Of a stretch of DNA of 64,000 nt, positions 13,401 through 22,872 are shown one piece after another; within the stretch, counting starts at the first letter, position 1; the number at the start of each line of letters is the position of its first letter. Below the pieces are notes generated by a model, which had not been told where the DNA came from, ran no database searches, and saw nothing but the letters and a program-made list of their open reading frames with translations. Made by a program: the position numbers and the translations under genes. This DNA is from Salisapilia sapeloensis CBS 127946 (Eukaryota > Protista > Oomycota), in NCBI GenBank assembly GCA_023334545.1, contig JAADVB010000044.1, forward strand, positions 33,102-97,101, written 5' to 3'.

Positions 13401-16400
13401 CTTTGGGCGCACTTCACGCAGCGTGACGGAGATCTTGCTCTCCTTCTTAGTGACTTCTACCACCGGAGCCGAGGTTGTGATCTGGGCATCCGTGATCTTC
13501 AAACCAGAGTCAGAGATTTCAAAGACCTGGCCAGCGCGTGGCTGCAAGAGTGAACGCACTGGGTTGCTGATCCACTTCTTGCCCTGAGCAATAAAGTCAG
13601 ACGTAAGCAAAGCGACCATCCAGTCTTGCGTAATCGCCTTCGAAGAAAGCTCTTGAGTCCACTTCGTCGCGCTCGGCAGCTCCGTAACGTCAGCAGGGAC
13701 ATTGATGCGAAGGCAGTTTTCTTCCTTCGACACAGAAAGCCCAGCAATTTGTTCCGGGCTGTCCTCGCAGGTTGTCGCACTGGACACAGCTTCGAGCGAA
13801 GACTCCTTGGCAACCTTGACGTAGCCTTCAGCCATGCCGTTCAGAATGTCCGCAACTGGCTCGCTGGCGATCTTGCTGTAGCGAACGGCGACTGGGCCCT
13901 GCAAGATGCAGACACGCTGGGCGTCACGGTCTGGCACAGCATCCAAGTCTTCCGAGTACCAGAGCGAATCTTTCTTGAACCACGTGCGAAGCTCTCCGTC
14001 AACGACAGGGATGAAGTTGACTGGCTTACCACCGCTACGGCAAAGCTCGACGAAGTAGTCTATGTCAGCGATCGAAAGCAACGTCGTGGCAACCTTTGGA
14101 TACTTAGCAGCAAAGTCTTGCAACGTCTGGCGAGGAGAGGTTTCAAGACCAGATGTGTCGAACACTGCCCCGCTTTCACTACGACGGAAGCGCTGTTCCG
14201 TGCAAAGCAGGAACTTGGCGACACGGTCCATGTAGCTCGAGTGCAGCCAGCGCTTCGTGCTGTCCTCACGGTCGACGTACATAAGGTCGATCATACGCGC
14301 AAGCACGCCGTAGTAGGACATTTCCGAGAGATCAGCAGCTTGGATTTCACCCGTTGCGGCAGACTTTTTGCAGCCAAAGTACGGCTTCTGGAAGTCAGCG
14401 TTCAGACGGGCGATGATCTTTTCCTTGTCAAGAGCAATGGCTTTCGCCATCTCATCCTTCTTCTTCGAAAAGTACTGGTCATCAAAGTCCTTCCAGCAAG
14501 CGATACCACGGTTGGCAACCTTGTGAATCGGCTCACCGAGCTCGGACGTGACGGTGATGACACCGCCAGTCACGCCATCGTAACTCTCGTCCCACTTGTG
14601 TTCCGCCTCGATACCGGGCGTGTCGACGAGAAGCTGCTTGACTTCAGGCGCCGTTGCGGCCTCCTTGGCCACCATGATACGGGAACCGAGCAAAATGGCG
14701 TCAGCAGGCATCTTGCTGTGGCTGCCACGGTTAAGACTCCATTCACCAGTCAAGTACTGGTAGGAGTCTTCCCAGTTGCCAAAGCCAGAGCCGACAGCGA
14801 GGAGAACGTTGTCGACTTGACGGATGGCGCCGTAGGTATCCTCGAGTGGCTGGTGGAAGTCCTCGAAGCTGTGGTGGCCACCGGCACGACCACCCGTCCA
14901 CTGCATCATGACCTTCATAGAAGGCATGGCACGGGCAATGTCAAGCACAGCGTGGATAGCAGACACAGAGTTCGGCTTGAAGCCGACGAGGTTGATGCCG
15001 ACGTTGCTCAGTTCTTGCATGATCTCCATCGCACGGTCTGTCGTCGGAATACCAGCACCAATCGTGATGCTCTCAATCGGAAGACCTTCCTTGCGCATAC
15101 GCAAGACCATCGGGAACTGGAATCCCCACTGCTTGGCGTTCAGGTAGAGCATGTTAATGGAGATACCGACGCCAGGCTTGATCTTAGACACCAACTCGTT
15201 CACCTTGTCTTCAAAGATGTTCGGACGCGAGAGACCGCCAGCAGCAAGTTCCCCGTAGAAACCAGCGTTCTGGACGGCAGCCACAAGGTCCACACCATTG
15301 AGACTGGTCGTCGGGGTCATACCAGCCACAACAACTGGAGCACGGCCAAGTGCTTCTGTGTACTTGTTGACGAGCTTTCCGTCAGCAGACACCCGCGGGC
15401 CGAACTTGTTAGCCCACGAACGTCCGCTAGCTGAGAAGACATTCGGAGTGGAAACAAGAGCATCCAAGCCATGAATCGAAGGGTATTTGCTCGCATCCGA
15501 CGTCATCTCACGGTTCTTGAGCGTCGCAGAGATGAGCTGGATACCAGCACTCGCAGCGTAGTTTCCGCTAAGCGGCGCAACACCATTTCCAGCACCAAAG
15601 TCAACAACGTGCGTGGCATTAGTGTTGGAAGCGATGACCTTGGACCAGGTCGCAGGCCAGTCGGCGACTTGCGTGAGCTGCATGTCGATCAAGTCGGACA
15701 TGATGCTCTTGTCACCAAGCGTCTGGAGGTTGGTTGCCTCCGTTGTCGTGGCGTACACTGGCACTTGAAGTTTGCTTCCAGCAACGACAAGTCCAATGCG
15801 CTCAACATCGGCTTCAATCTTGCTCTTCGCAGCGACGAGCGCATGCGAATGGAAGGGGCAGCTAAGCGGGATAAATGCGAGCGTTCCGGACGGTTTGCGC
15901 TTCGAATAAGGCACACGCGTCTGGTCTTCATCTGCGCCAGCCATTTTGCTTTCAAGAGACTTCTTAAGCATAGCAAGGTAGCCTGGCTTGCCGGTGACGT
16001 TGAAGCGCTTTGCGCCGTTGATCAGAGATAGGCTCATTTTGTCTTCATCCGGCAAGTTGCGGTTCGCGACTTCTACTGCCTTGAGCACATGTGTCTTGGA
16101 TAGTCCGTTCACAGCAAGCATCGGTGTAGCGTCACCAGACTCCATAACATCGTCGTCATTTTCACGTTCGAGCGTGGCTTCCTGGGCACGCAGGGCATGC
16201 CAGAAGAGATAGCGAACGAACTGAACGGCCAACTGTTGCAAGTCTGCAGTGTCCTTGGCGGCAGAAATGATAGCAGCTGATACGACGCCCTGGCTCATAC
16301 CAATTGCACATGCAGAGTTAGTGACGGCATCTTCGTGGGAAATACCGGCAGCATGCAGAAATGCCAAGTAGTTTGCGACGTGTGTAGCACCGAGAAGAGG

Positions 16401-16790
16401 GTAGCTGAAGAAAGCACGAGACAATGCACTCCCTTGCGGTAGGTCCACAGGTGCATCTTCCTCGTTCTCAGCGGCTTGGAGCCACGATTGGAGACGGATG
16501 GTCGTTTCGAACGCAGGCGAATCGGTAGCTTGCGAAGAAGACGAGTCTTCCTCTAGCGCTTTTGCAACGTTGTTTAGGAACGTTCGGACGGATTCACCGC
16601 CCTTGGTGTACAAGTGAATGAGCTCGTCCCAGTAGCGAGCTCCCTGACCACCAAATTCCGGAATCATGGTGATCGTCTTGGCATCAAGGGCCTTGGCGAA
16701 CTCAGTCGGTGCAGGCACCGTCGGCACCTCTTGTTCATTAGTAGCAACGACATTTTCGTTGGCTGGTGGTGCTGTAGATACTTCCGCCAT
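4497..16790 (-). CDS. FAS: Single-chain fungal-type fatty acid synthase (AT-ER-DH-MPT-ACP-ACP-KR-KS-PPT), intronless, about 4097 aa
   Basis: ER TGGRAGGHHS, DH DLNPIH, MPT FTGQGS and AGHSLGEY, two ACP GKS motifs, KR VTGCGRNSIG and YAESK, KS TPVGACATA / FHGTGT / TGHPKG, PPT GIGVDVE and AGRWAAKEA; first ATG at 16790. Confidence 0.97.
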   Translation of the reverse strand: MAEVSTAPPANENVVATNEQEVPTVPAPTEFAKALDAKTITMIPEFGGQGARYWDELIHLYTKGGESVRTFLNNVAKALEEDSSSSQATDSPAFETTIRLQSWLQAAENEEDAPVDLPQGSALSRAFFSYPLLGATHVANYLAFLHAAGISHEDAVTNSACAIGMSQGVVSAAIISAAKDTADLQQLAVQFVRYLFWHALRAQEATLERENDDDVMESGDATPMLAVNGLSKTHVLKAVEVANRNLPDEDKMSLSLINGAKRFNVTGKPGYLAMLKKSLESKMAGADEDQTRVPYSKRKPSGTLAFIPLSCPFHSHALVAAKSKIEADVERIGLVVAGSKLQVPVYATTTEATNLQTLGDKSIMSDLIDMQLTQVADWPATWSKVIASNTNATHVVDFGAGNGVAPLSGNYAASAGIQLISATLKNREMTSDASKYPSIHGLDALVSTPNVFSASGRSWANKFGPRVSADGKLVNKYTEALGRAPVVVAGMTPTTSLNGVDLVAAVQNAGFYGELAAGGLSRPNIFEDKVNELVSKIKPGVGISINMLYLNAKQWGFQFPMVLRMRKEGLPIESITIGAGIPTTDRAMEIMQELSNVGINLVGFKPNSVSAIHAVLDIARAMPSMKVMMQWTGGRAGGHHSFEDFHQPLEDTYGAIRQVDNVLLAVGSGFGNWEDSYQYLTGEWSLNRGSHSKMPADAILLGSRIMVAKEAATAPEVKQLLVDTPGIEAEHKWDESYDGVTGGVITVTSELGEPIHKVANRGIACWKDFDDQYFSKKKDEMAKAIALDKEKIIARLNADFQKPYFGCKKSAATGEIQAADLSEMSYYGVLARMIDLMYVDREDSTKRWLHSSYMDRVAKFLLCTEQRFRRSESGAVFDTSGLETSPRQTLQDFAAKYPKVATTLLSIADIDYFVELCRSGGKPVNFIPVVDGELRTWFKKDSLWYSEDLDAVPDRDAQRVCILQGPVAVRYSKIASEPVADILNGMAEGYVKVAKESSLEAVSSATTCEDSPEQIAGLSVSKEENCLRINVPADVTELPSATKWTQELSSKAITQDWMVALLTSDFIAQGKKWISNPVRSLLQPRAGQVFEISDSGLKITDAQITTSAPVVEVTKKESKISVTLREVRPKISTLSEAIVPLELSFTYVPEVTCSIHENEAASIETIKDFYARFWVAEDGNEDASCKKACEESIFSTFTDEVTISEEDIIAYNKSLGLSSDVVAAPADYSTILCWRPLIKSVFTKEVQGNLLNLVHLKHSYKLLSDKKASKLFYPGDEIVSSSEVSSLRIIESGKIVSGIATISRKVVGEQMEETLEPLVELRSEFLIRGNFDDFSSTFSVDKSVERITMHDEIEIKNILSKCWFQLKNDANEPQIGDVVVLDTTTVKRYADMMTLSSVTVTGTASIEKPQGAVEIAAVDVQSENVSESPVVAFLMHRKKSIEDEVTLGSGYNTVETPLSISVPNKALDYAVASHDLNPIHRSDYAATLANLPQGKPIMHGMWTATKVRALLAKEFGRNDDSSVSSYAANFDGMVYPGDQLYMQVRHVGQSDGKKVMSVEVVNEAGQRVVSARAEIKQPPVAFVFTGQGSAQVGMGMDRYQESKAARETWDKGDRHLRAKFGFSILEMVRKNPSSITIHFGGRRGKQIRENYMKLTVEDPETGEMAPLLPEIHKHTQSFTFSAPEGLLFATQFSQPALVLLEKATFAEIEEAQLIPDDALFAGHSLGEYAGLSSFAGALAVEAVSEVVFLRGLIMQKAVKRDENGRSDYGMMATNPTRVGPKFTEDMMYKLVDGISSASGKLLQVVNFNVQGRQYVVAGTNANLEALSLSLAAFKSGRDVAEVDQVIKESLEQAHAKKEKAEQAGRPFVVARGVATIPLAGIDVPFHSRELLGGVPAFRSLLRSKFEADVLERQLPRLINRYIPNLVAEPFTLEKSYFELVHSVTKSPYIAEVLDETQWSMMSRAQLAQLLVVELLAYQFASPVQWIKTQALLFSTGGTGVSRFIEIGPAATLTTMAQRTLQAVKFARINREILWYQRDRDVVHFEVEDSYPSASDYARELAAKKAAAKAKEEEVQEEVTADTAPPAPAPAQAAPAPAPMPVMSSPAAAPAEDAPVSALHVLRVLLAVKLNKELNEVAADSDVKTLCAGKSAVQNEILGDLEKEFGSAPDGAGEAPLKELAGKFSSYKSLGKVTSGMVSKSIGAKMPGGFSMSNVKEYLTNTKGLGAGRMESVLVHGLLMAPKARLKNENEAKEWLDSVVDSYATFAGVSLAKPAMPSGPVGGMPFGAAPAPVPTVTDAPVDAKHALKVLLAVKLSKSFSEITDETTIKEQSGGKSALQNEVLGDLEKEFGSGPDDTADLKISELAGKFSDYKTPGKVTSGLMAKLFAGKMPGGFGLAAIKDHLSKERCLPAGRIESVLLHTLTQNPKNRFADEGQAKTWLDGVADDYAKFAAIDIPYYSKLGASAGGMPQQAMQPAALPSDFDKRLKSMIADQVAALNSYLGKDSLDIHRKIETEVDLREEVEASVNQWMTEHGEFYANGIVSAFDANKERVYDSYWNWAVQDGLELYFRTIQSSIKSEEETSLPLPSDVGHHFKQMSQWINSKLDTVTEESALPPLEWFKPYLCNRATPELLRATKYFAYKTKQEGHVEYAQAIQLLVEQLEEWLHHSPMNVQIFHPTQPDLTIHDDGSMDYAEIPRVGVADSTDYVDELARGLEYSSAEVFNTFDESASAAVEMPSAVGFESTVNNDSDDSDDDSYDEGDESPTAKNDTVSAESKKEVEPAKGPKLAALRESLRRRNKKSGRRQSLVEKSTNLRTGLNENLKEIVLPHVHIRKPSDVDPTIRLYDVESTCMLLSCMREMASTGVSFAGKVALVTGCGRNSIGAELVKSLLEGGATVFVTTSSFNSKSTGVFRSVYEQHGSKGSRLIVLPFNQGSKVDVKNLVAHIYDVHKLDLDFVIPFGALSDLGRKISDIDSRSELAHRILLTNTVRLLGEVVSAKQSRGIFTRPALAILPLSPNHGNFGSDGLYAESKLGMESLMNKWYSEGWEDQLSVVGAIIGWTRGTGLMSGNNIVASAVEKMGMRTFTTTEMGFNLSALLHPQIVDRAAEAPIWADLTGGMAQVHNLNDKVTQIREDIMHTAKLRATIHQSLESEKKTVAMSNASSQADQKFKPAANLSSYYSSNFPGLSGVGKLAEKKEQKMLNGMVDLSKVVVVAGYGEVGPWGNARTRWEMESYGEFSLEGCIELAWLTGHITYDNGKWVDAKTKEAVADHEIKKRYEEELLAHAGIRIIEPELFEGYDPNQKMILHQVAIDKKMAPVEVADREEAIQFRKELGEDNVDIFEDENGTWMIRLRKGSVLSIPRALDFNRFVAGQIPTGWSAERYGIPKDLAESVDPLTLYVLVSTMEAFVASGITDPYEFYQYVHVSEVGNTSGGGMGGMNSFKKIYQDRFMGKSVPSDTLQECFINTAPAWVNMLLLSSSGPIKTPVGACATAAESVDIGVETIKTGKARIVIVGGYDDFGEEGSYEFAQMKATSDSVKEYGMGREASEMCRPCSTTRGGFMESHGAGIQLLMDAQLAIDMGCPIYGVVALTSTATDKNGRSVPAPGQGILTTAREQNVGEKKSPLLDVNFRRRQFDSELASIESWYEREKEMLDDANAESQLAFLNDMKKRKVQSAQSMWGEHFHENRMDIAPLRGALSAWNLTVDDIGVASFHGTGTKANDRNESEVTQKQLQHLGRSSGNVLPIVCQKYMTGHPKGAAASWMFNGLLQILNSGLIPGNRNLDNTCETLRKFDLLAYPNRSIQTDGIKAAVMKSFGFGQAGGEILVVHPDYLLSMLDNDDLTQYSQRREQRLVKMNSYLQESISGKGTLIKVKGAAPYTNEQESNVYLDPSARAEFDPAEGSWNFGGNQAAESKRSRSKKHKNSKQAHASTSKKADDKADGQASEGLESALSQTAAGVGLGEKGSGIGVDVEPVATFENLHGREDFIRRNFTDQEVAYCYSAPNPAASFAGRWAAKEAIIKAISNASPSTPNVWKGAGAPLREIEIFMTASGAPSVLLAGHASQVFSQLGLSSVSVSISHSGDYAVSQAVAQL

Positions 16791-18126
16791 CTTTGGTTGG
16801 TCGCGCAATAAAGAGTTTAGCGTTGGACTAGGGAAGGTTCTGGATATGAAGAAGCAACGGACGGTGGAGCGTTCGTTTGCTGTTTAAAGGAGTATTTAAC
16901 CACGAGGTGGAGCTTCGCGGAGAAATGCTGGTGATACGCGTGCGTACCAGAGAGGGCAAATTGGGTTCTGACTGGACCAGTGTCCTGCATCCACACTTTG
17001 ATACGCAATTCGACCTTGAGACTGCGTCATTACTCGGCTGAATGACGTAGACGCGACTATATGAGTATTTGTATGTCTTCTACGACAAACGCTTTTAACC
17101 CTACCCCATGTACTTCAAGTATGTTTTTTGTCGTACGAGACATATAAAAGCGTATATAATCGAGACGCGGTCATCCGCATCGATGTAGCCATGTTGAACG
17201 CGTCAGCGACCAGAGAAGTGTGCAATTTTGCGTCTTCGATGCTGACTCTGCCTCCTTGTCTTGTACAGATTGCGGGATAATTGAATACTTTGGTAGAAAG
17301 CTATGTTGGCATGGCGGAGGTAGAGCTATCAACTTGGTAGCGTTCAAAACATGAAGGATAATAGTGAACAGCTGGGTCAACTTCAGAGTTTTCGATAAAG
17401 TCCGAGTGGATGCTTATGCTCGAGTAGAAAAGAGTAGTCGAATGCATATGCATAGAGCATTGACAAACGATTAGAACTTATCTTGCTAAAGACAACAGTA
17501 TGCCCATTTGTGTTTGTTCTTACCCCTACAGGTGAATGGAGGGAGAGATTATAAGCGTAGAACCGGAAACAGATGAAAAGGCGCGTCATCAGGGCTTTTT
17601 CCAAAAGTGGCGGTTGTTTTACTATTCGAGACAAAAATGGCGCCATCATATTGAAAGTGGGGCAAAATGACTTAGTGGCATGCTCTCTTTTCTACTCGCT
17701 TGGTGCCCGCTTATGACTAGATTTGAAGAAAAGTGCCCTTTTTTGGTAAAAGTCTGCGTCATCGATTCAAGCGGTGTGCATCCAAGTCGACACCTTCGAA
17801 ACTGGCGTACACAGCTCTATCCTTCGACTCGCTCAATATTGCGTTCGTGTTGCTTGCTCTCCACCGGACGCTTGTCCAGGAACTTTTTTCACATTCGAAA
17901 GGATATGACTCGTGGTCCAACCAAGTTGATTCGTACACGATCTCCAGTAGATCCTATATCTCCATGTAAATTCACGTTTCATGTGCACTATCCTATAGAC
18001 TGACTTTGTCCATGTTCCATGTACAACACCCGTTACTATCATGCCTCTTGGCGTACCCGCTGCATGTTCATAATAGTACGTCCGGTCCATAAAACACTCG
18101 TCCAAGACAACGAGCCAGGCACGAAC

Positions 18127-20354
18127 ATGAATCAGCTCAAGTACTTGTCCGAGTACGAGAAACTTGCCTACTTCTACGGATCTTATACGCGAGATGAACA
18201 GATCGATCCGTCCACCGACAGCGAGTCGCTTCGTCGGTGGGAAAAGATTGGAGGTTCGCGACGTAAAAGTCGAGATCGGATCGGAGTCCTCTTATCTCAA
18301 TTCGAAAACACATCCACGGCACATGTCAAGCATCTAGATAACGCCTACCGTGCCAAGCGGGAGTTGATACTACTAGCGGAAGGTACCATCGGTGGCCCTC
18401 CGAAATCCTCGTCTTCTCGTAAGGAGAAACCGACGCATCGGGTCGAGATCGCTCGATGGAATAACCAACTCTTACAAGATTGTGGTGCGTTAGAGGTCTT
18501 TGCACAGAACTTGCAGCGCACGCTTCATGCGTTTAGTGGTATCACCTTTAGCCACATCGATGTGGACCAACTGAATGAGCTTGTACAGGACTTGCAGCAA
18601 GCCATGACGCTAACGTACATGTTAATTGTATTCAACGCAAACAAGGAGAGTCCGATGTTTTTACGACAGCTACTACGAATCGGCACGTCTGCTCCGTCCT
18701 ATGTTCTCATTGCGATTCTAGACTGCGCTAGTCAAATGGATGTCGTACCTGGATTCCCGATAAAACGCATGCTCATGCTCTTTTACGTCTGGTTCGAAGC
18801 TGTGCTCGGGAGCTTTTGTGATCTCGAAGAGACAAAACGCAGTCGTCGAGAAAAATTTGCCGTCGACAAGAGTCTCGTGACAGATGAAGATGATGGGATC
18901 TTGCACTGTAAAACCTTTGGCGAGTACCACGACACGAACGAGTTGGATCCACAGGATCCTTACTTTCATCAGAAGCAAAAGTTTACGCAAGTGCGTCAAC
19001 AGATCCATGACAAGTACAAGCACATTCCGACGCATGAGATGACCGAGACGCCCTCCGTCGATGACGACGCGTCCATCTCGCCCGATACACCAGACGATGA
19101 GTGGGCGCTTCGATGCGAAACCATGTACCAACTCTTTTTACCCGGTATGCGTGACTACATCACCTTCTTCTGTAAGCTAGTATCGATATCTTGTGGAAGT
19201 GCTTTGCATGCTCGAGATAAGAATACGTTTTACTCTCGACCTCCGTCTGGCGTCGATCCAAGTGAATTCGTTCCGAGTGACTTTGGTCATGGACCTCATG
19301 ACGGCAGTGATAATCAGTTCTGGAAGTGGATCTTGCGTGAGAAGACGATCGTGCTGGATGTAACGAATTTGCTTTTACTTCTTATCTACAAACACTTTCG
19401 AGCTAGTCATGTGATGAAAGCAGAGTACATTGCTCAATTCTGGTTGGAGTGTAACTTACCTGCGACGTTGACAAAGTTCATGAACAAGGATATTGCGACG
19501 TATATCCAAGTGTCGAAGAATACTTCTGATCTTGATGATCGGAAGACTGGGTTCTATGCACTTGATAAGACGTTAGAGAAGCAGAATATCAAGGCAGAGG
19601 ATGATGATGCGGATTATGCATTGTTATCGACACGCACTGTCACGAGTATCTTGCGTATCCTCCAGAAAATCACCAAGCGCAAGCCAAATCTCATCAAGAA
19701 TATCTTGTGTCGAGGCTCTTCCATCGTTTGGCTCAAGGTCTCTATCTTCCTATGATCATATCCTCTTACGAAGACTTACGATTTGTATAGAGAGTGGTTT
19801 CATTGACGATTCCAGTCCCGAGACTATATGCGCTAAAGCTCGTCAAGTCTCAAGCCAAGTACCTCGGTCCACAGGTTCCTTCTATCTCTTATATACATAC
19901 ACACCTAGTGGACTTATTGACAACTATTTGACATCGATAGTGGGTGAAAAAGTATACTTGTGCGCATATGCTGACGGACATTTATCTCCATGTCCGTCCG
20001 GAGCTGCATGACGACTGGTTGAATTACGAAGACGAGGACTTGAACAAACCACCGAGTCAGGAATCTATCGAGCGACTGGTCTTTGGCGAGATGCAGGCGT
20101 ATCATCACAAATACTATTGGGAATCGTTGAACGCCAGTTCACGTGTGAAACAATCGTACCTTGTGATCCAGGCCAAGGAAGAGCTCGATGCTCCATCCTT
20201 CCAACTGGACGGTGGATCGATCACCAAGTACTTGAACGATCTGCAGCTCGATCCGACGTCCTTTTGCAATCAATACGAAAAGTGGTTGGATAAGGAAGGT
20301 CTGACGGCGGATGAAGACCCTGCATCCGTCCCACTCCCCATCCCTTTCTCTTAA
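18127..20354 (+). CDS. STRIP1: Striatin-interacting protein / FAM40 / Far11 family (STRIPAK subunit)
   Basis: EKTIVLDVTNLLLLLIYKHFRASHVMKAEY; after splicing introns 19738-19790 and 19875-19940: YALKLVKSQAKYLGPQW...IYLHVRPELHDDW; ORF is open from 18019 so start is uncertain. Confidence 0.85.
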
Positions 20355-20457
20355 ATGTACACTGAACGATCGGATTGGTCTGCAAACTCTTGTTTCGTTT
20401 ACTACGGCGACTAACATCTACTCGACAATTCCTGCCGTCGTCCTACCTCTTGTTATT

Positions 20458-22872
20458 TTACTTGCCACGCTGCTGTGAGGCAAAGATCTGGTACACGAGC
20501 ATCGTCGTCGAGTACTTTGCTCGACGGAAACTATCGAATTGATAATGATGCTCCTCACATTTCTTTAGCATCTCAGGTCGATGGTCCACGAATGGACTTG
20601 AAAGCTCTGCATTCTCCCACCGATCTTTCTCTGAGATGCTGTCAAGGTAGGACGGAGGCGATTCTACTGCCATATTCTGTTTTTCCGTCAAACTGCTGCA
20701 GTCATGACAGTAGAAGACATCGTTCCGTTCATCTGTCTTGAGGCGTCGACATTCTTCGTTCATCAAAACACGGCCGCACGTCGTGCACTGTGGCTGTAAC
20801 GAGATAGCAAAGAGGGATTCTCGACCGAGTTGGACGGACTCGACTAGCTTCTCACGGAAGTGCGCGCCCTGCAGCTCCTCTTCCGTCTGTTTCCCACGTT
20901 TCATCGGCAGACTCGCGAGTCTCTCGACTTCCAGCGGCCAGTAGTCTCCGTCAAAGTACGGTGGTAACCTCTGCTGGATGCTACGTTCGAGGTCGTGGAA
21001 TTCGGTTTCGAATAAATCTTCACAGGCGTAGACGACGTTCCGTCGCTTCGCCTCACTGACCATCCTTTGATACCACATGACCAATCTTTCTTTTCCCGGG
21101 TTCTTTTGAAACGGGGGATGACACCAATAAATAAAATCACCACCACGGGTTGTCGGGCAAGCCCAAATGTGTGCCTTGATAAAGCCTCGAGCCTTACTGA
21201 ATGCGAGATACGCGATCAAGATCTCTTGGAAGACACGTGTGCGGACACGACGCGGACGCATGTAGACGAGACTGTCTATGTAGGCAATGTAGACGCGATT
21301 GCGATTGGACTCAATGACACAATCGTCATCGTACTCTTGGACGTACATGGAAAAGATGCAAACTTCGAGACCGGCAATGCGTTGGAAGGCGCAGATCGCT
21401 TTGGACGTGTACGAGACGGATGGAGGGTACTGCCTTTGTTTGGAGCAAAATTGTTGGCGAACAACTGGTGAGACCGTGGCGGTCGTGCGTACATTCGATA
21501 CGACGCGGACGGTGATCGAATGTGCTGTCTCGACCTCATCTTCTTTCATGAGCAACGACCGGACTGATTCTTGTATGAATTTCGATAGTGCCGTCGTTTG
21601 CAACTGTTCACTCGTGATTAAATTGTCTCCTCTACTCGGTACCACGTGCGCTCGTTCCTTTGCATCTAAAAACTCCAACACACGCTCTTGGACATCAAAG
21701 CACCTGCCAAACTCCTTTGTAAAAGCTGTGTGTTTAACTGTCGGACTTAGCGCTCCATTCCCACTTTTCTTGCGCAATACATCACCTACGTCTGTAGAAG
21801 AGCTTGGAGATAGCTGAGCAGAGTCCCATTTACCTGTTGGCTTGTTCTCGACTGCTTCCAAGTCGCAGAGACGACAGAGAGGACAGATGTAGCTCTGGTC
21901 TTGATCGACTGCGTCGTTGAACAAAGCACAGATCTGGTGCACCCAATGGTTACAGCGGTCGCATTGGACCCACGGCTCCGTCAGTTCGTCCATGAATTTG
22001 ACTTTTACCAACTCACTCTTCAAGAGCTTCGGCTTGGAAGTGGATAGCAGGTCGGAGGGATCTTGTTCGCCTTGTCTTGAAATCGCGGATGTCGGTGGTG
22101 GCGTCAGGAGCTTTGGAAGTGATAGATAGCACTTGGCACACCAGTGATGTGTCTCGTCTGGAGAACGATAGCAAACCGAGTAGCGCTTAATCCTTTGTCG
22201 ACAAGGACCCGAGCAAAGGACGAACGGAGGTTCGAGGTTGATACACTTTTCATCGCACACGGCACAGACGTTGGCGAGGCAATGTGCACACGAGTGATCA
22301 TTCCGTCGCTTCCGTTGCGCGTTCCACTTGTTCTGCAATCGAGCAAACTCCCGATCAAATTCTTTGCGCAGTGTCTTAGCAGCGTCATGCACGACGTGTC
22401 CTGGTGGATTGAAGAGACAAGCATTTGCAAATACCAGGCGAATGTCCGCTGCACAATCTTCTGCAGAAGCGTATTGTAGCGTAAGGCATTTGTGCTTAAC
22501 GAGTGATAGATCCATGGGCTTTTTAATGACATCGCGATAGTGCGGGATGTTCCATCGGACGGGGTCCACGGGCTCGTTAAACAAGCCGTGGTTGGCACGA
22601 TGGAACATGAGCCGCGTCACGAGTGCAATGAGCGGTTGGAGGAATGCTTCACGACGCACATCACGCAAGTGCTGTCGAAGCTGCGATGCCGACGTGTCAT
22701 CAAGGGGCGACAGCGACGGTTGCCGTCGACTGCGTTTTATCGGCGGATCAAGCGAGGACGGTGGGTGGTAGATATGTCGCCGCTTCTTTCCGGGTTCGTC
22801 CGTCCCGTGGTTCGTCTCTCGCTTCGTGGGCGTCGCAGCAGGAGACGGCACCGCACCGTTTGCAAAGCCCAT
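20458..22872 (-). CDS. CBP/p300-type (KAT11) histone acetyltransferase with bromodomain, PHD, HAT and ZZ-like zinc finger
   Basis: Bromodomain FNEPVDP...PMDL...NACLFN; PHD WVQCDRCNHWVHQICALFN; HAT RVYIAYIDS, HIWACP, FIYWCHP, PYFDGDYW; start set at MGFANG. Confidence 0.92.
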   Translation of the reverse strand: MGFANGAVPSPAATPTKRETNHGTDEPGKKRRHIYHPPSSLDPPIKRSRRQPSLSPLDDTSASQLRQHLRDVRREAFLQPLIALVTRLMFHRANHGLFNEPVDPVRWNIPHYRDVIKKPMDLSLVKHKCLTLQYASAEDCAADIRLVFANACLFNPPGHVVHDAAKTLRKEFDREFARLQNKWNAQRKRRNDHSCAHCLANVCAVCDEKCINLEPPFVLCSGPCRQRIKRYSVCYRSPDETHHWCAKCYLSLPKLLTPPPTSAISRQGEQDPSDLLSTSKPKLLKSELVKVKFMDELTEPWVQCDRCNHWVHQICALFNDAVDQDQSYICPLCRLCDLEAVENKPTGKWDSAQLSPSSSTDVGDVLRKKSGNGALSPTVKHTAFTKEFGRCFDVQERVLEFLDAKERAHVVPSRGDNLITSEQLQTTALSKFIQESVRSLLMKEDEVETAHSITVRVVSNVRTTATVSPVVRQQFCSKQRQYPPSVSYTSKAICAFQRIAGLEVCIFSMYVQEYDDDCVIESNRNRVYIAYIDSLVYMRPRRVRTRVFQEILIAYLAFSKARGFIKAHIWACPTTRGGDFIYWCHPPFQKNPGKERLVMWYQRMVSEAKRRNVVYACEDLFETEFHDLERSIQQRLPPYFDGDYWPLEVERLASLPMKRGKQTEEELQGAHFREKLVESVQLGRESLFAISLQPQCTTCGRVLMNEECRRLKTDERNDVFYCHDCSSLTEKQNMAVESPPSYLDSISEKDRWENAELSSPFVDHRPEMLKKCEEHHYQFDSFRRAKYSTTMLVYQIFASQQRGK

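Noticed and set aside
19738-19940. Weak splice donors GTCTCT and GTTCCT in the STRIP gene, considered as possible U12 introns
   Set aside because: They do not match the U12 GTATCCTT donor; both follow exonic AG and restore conserved FAM40 sequence as ordinary U2 introns
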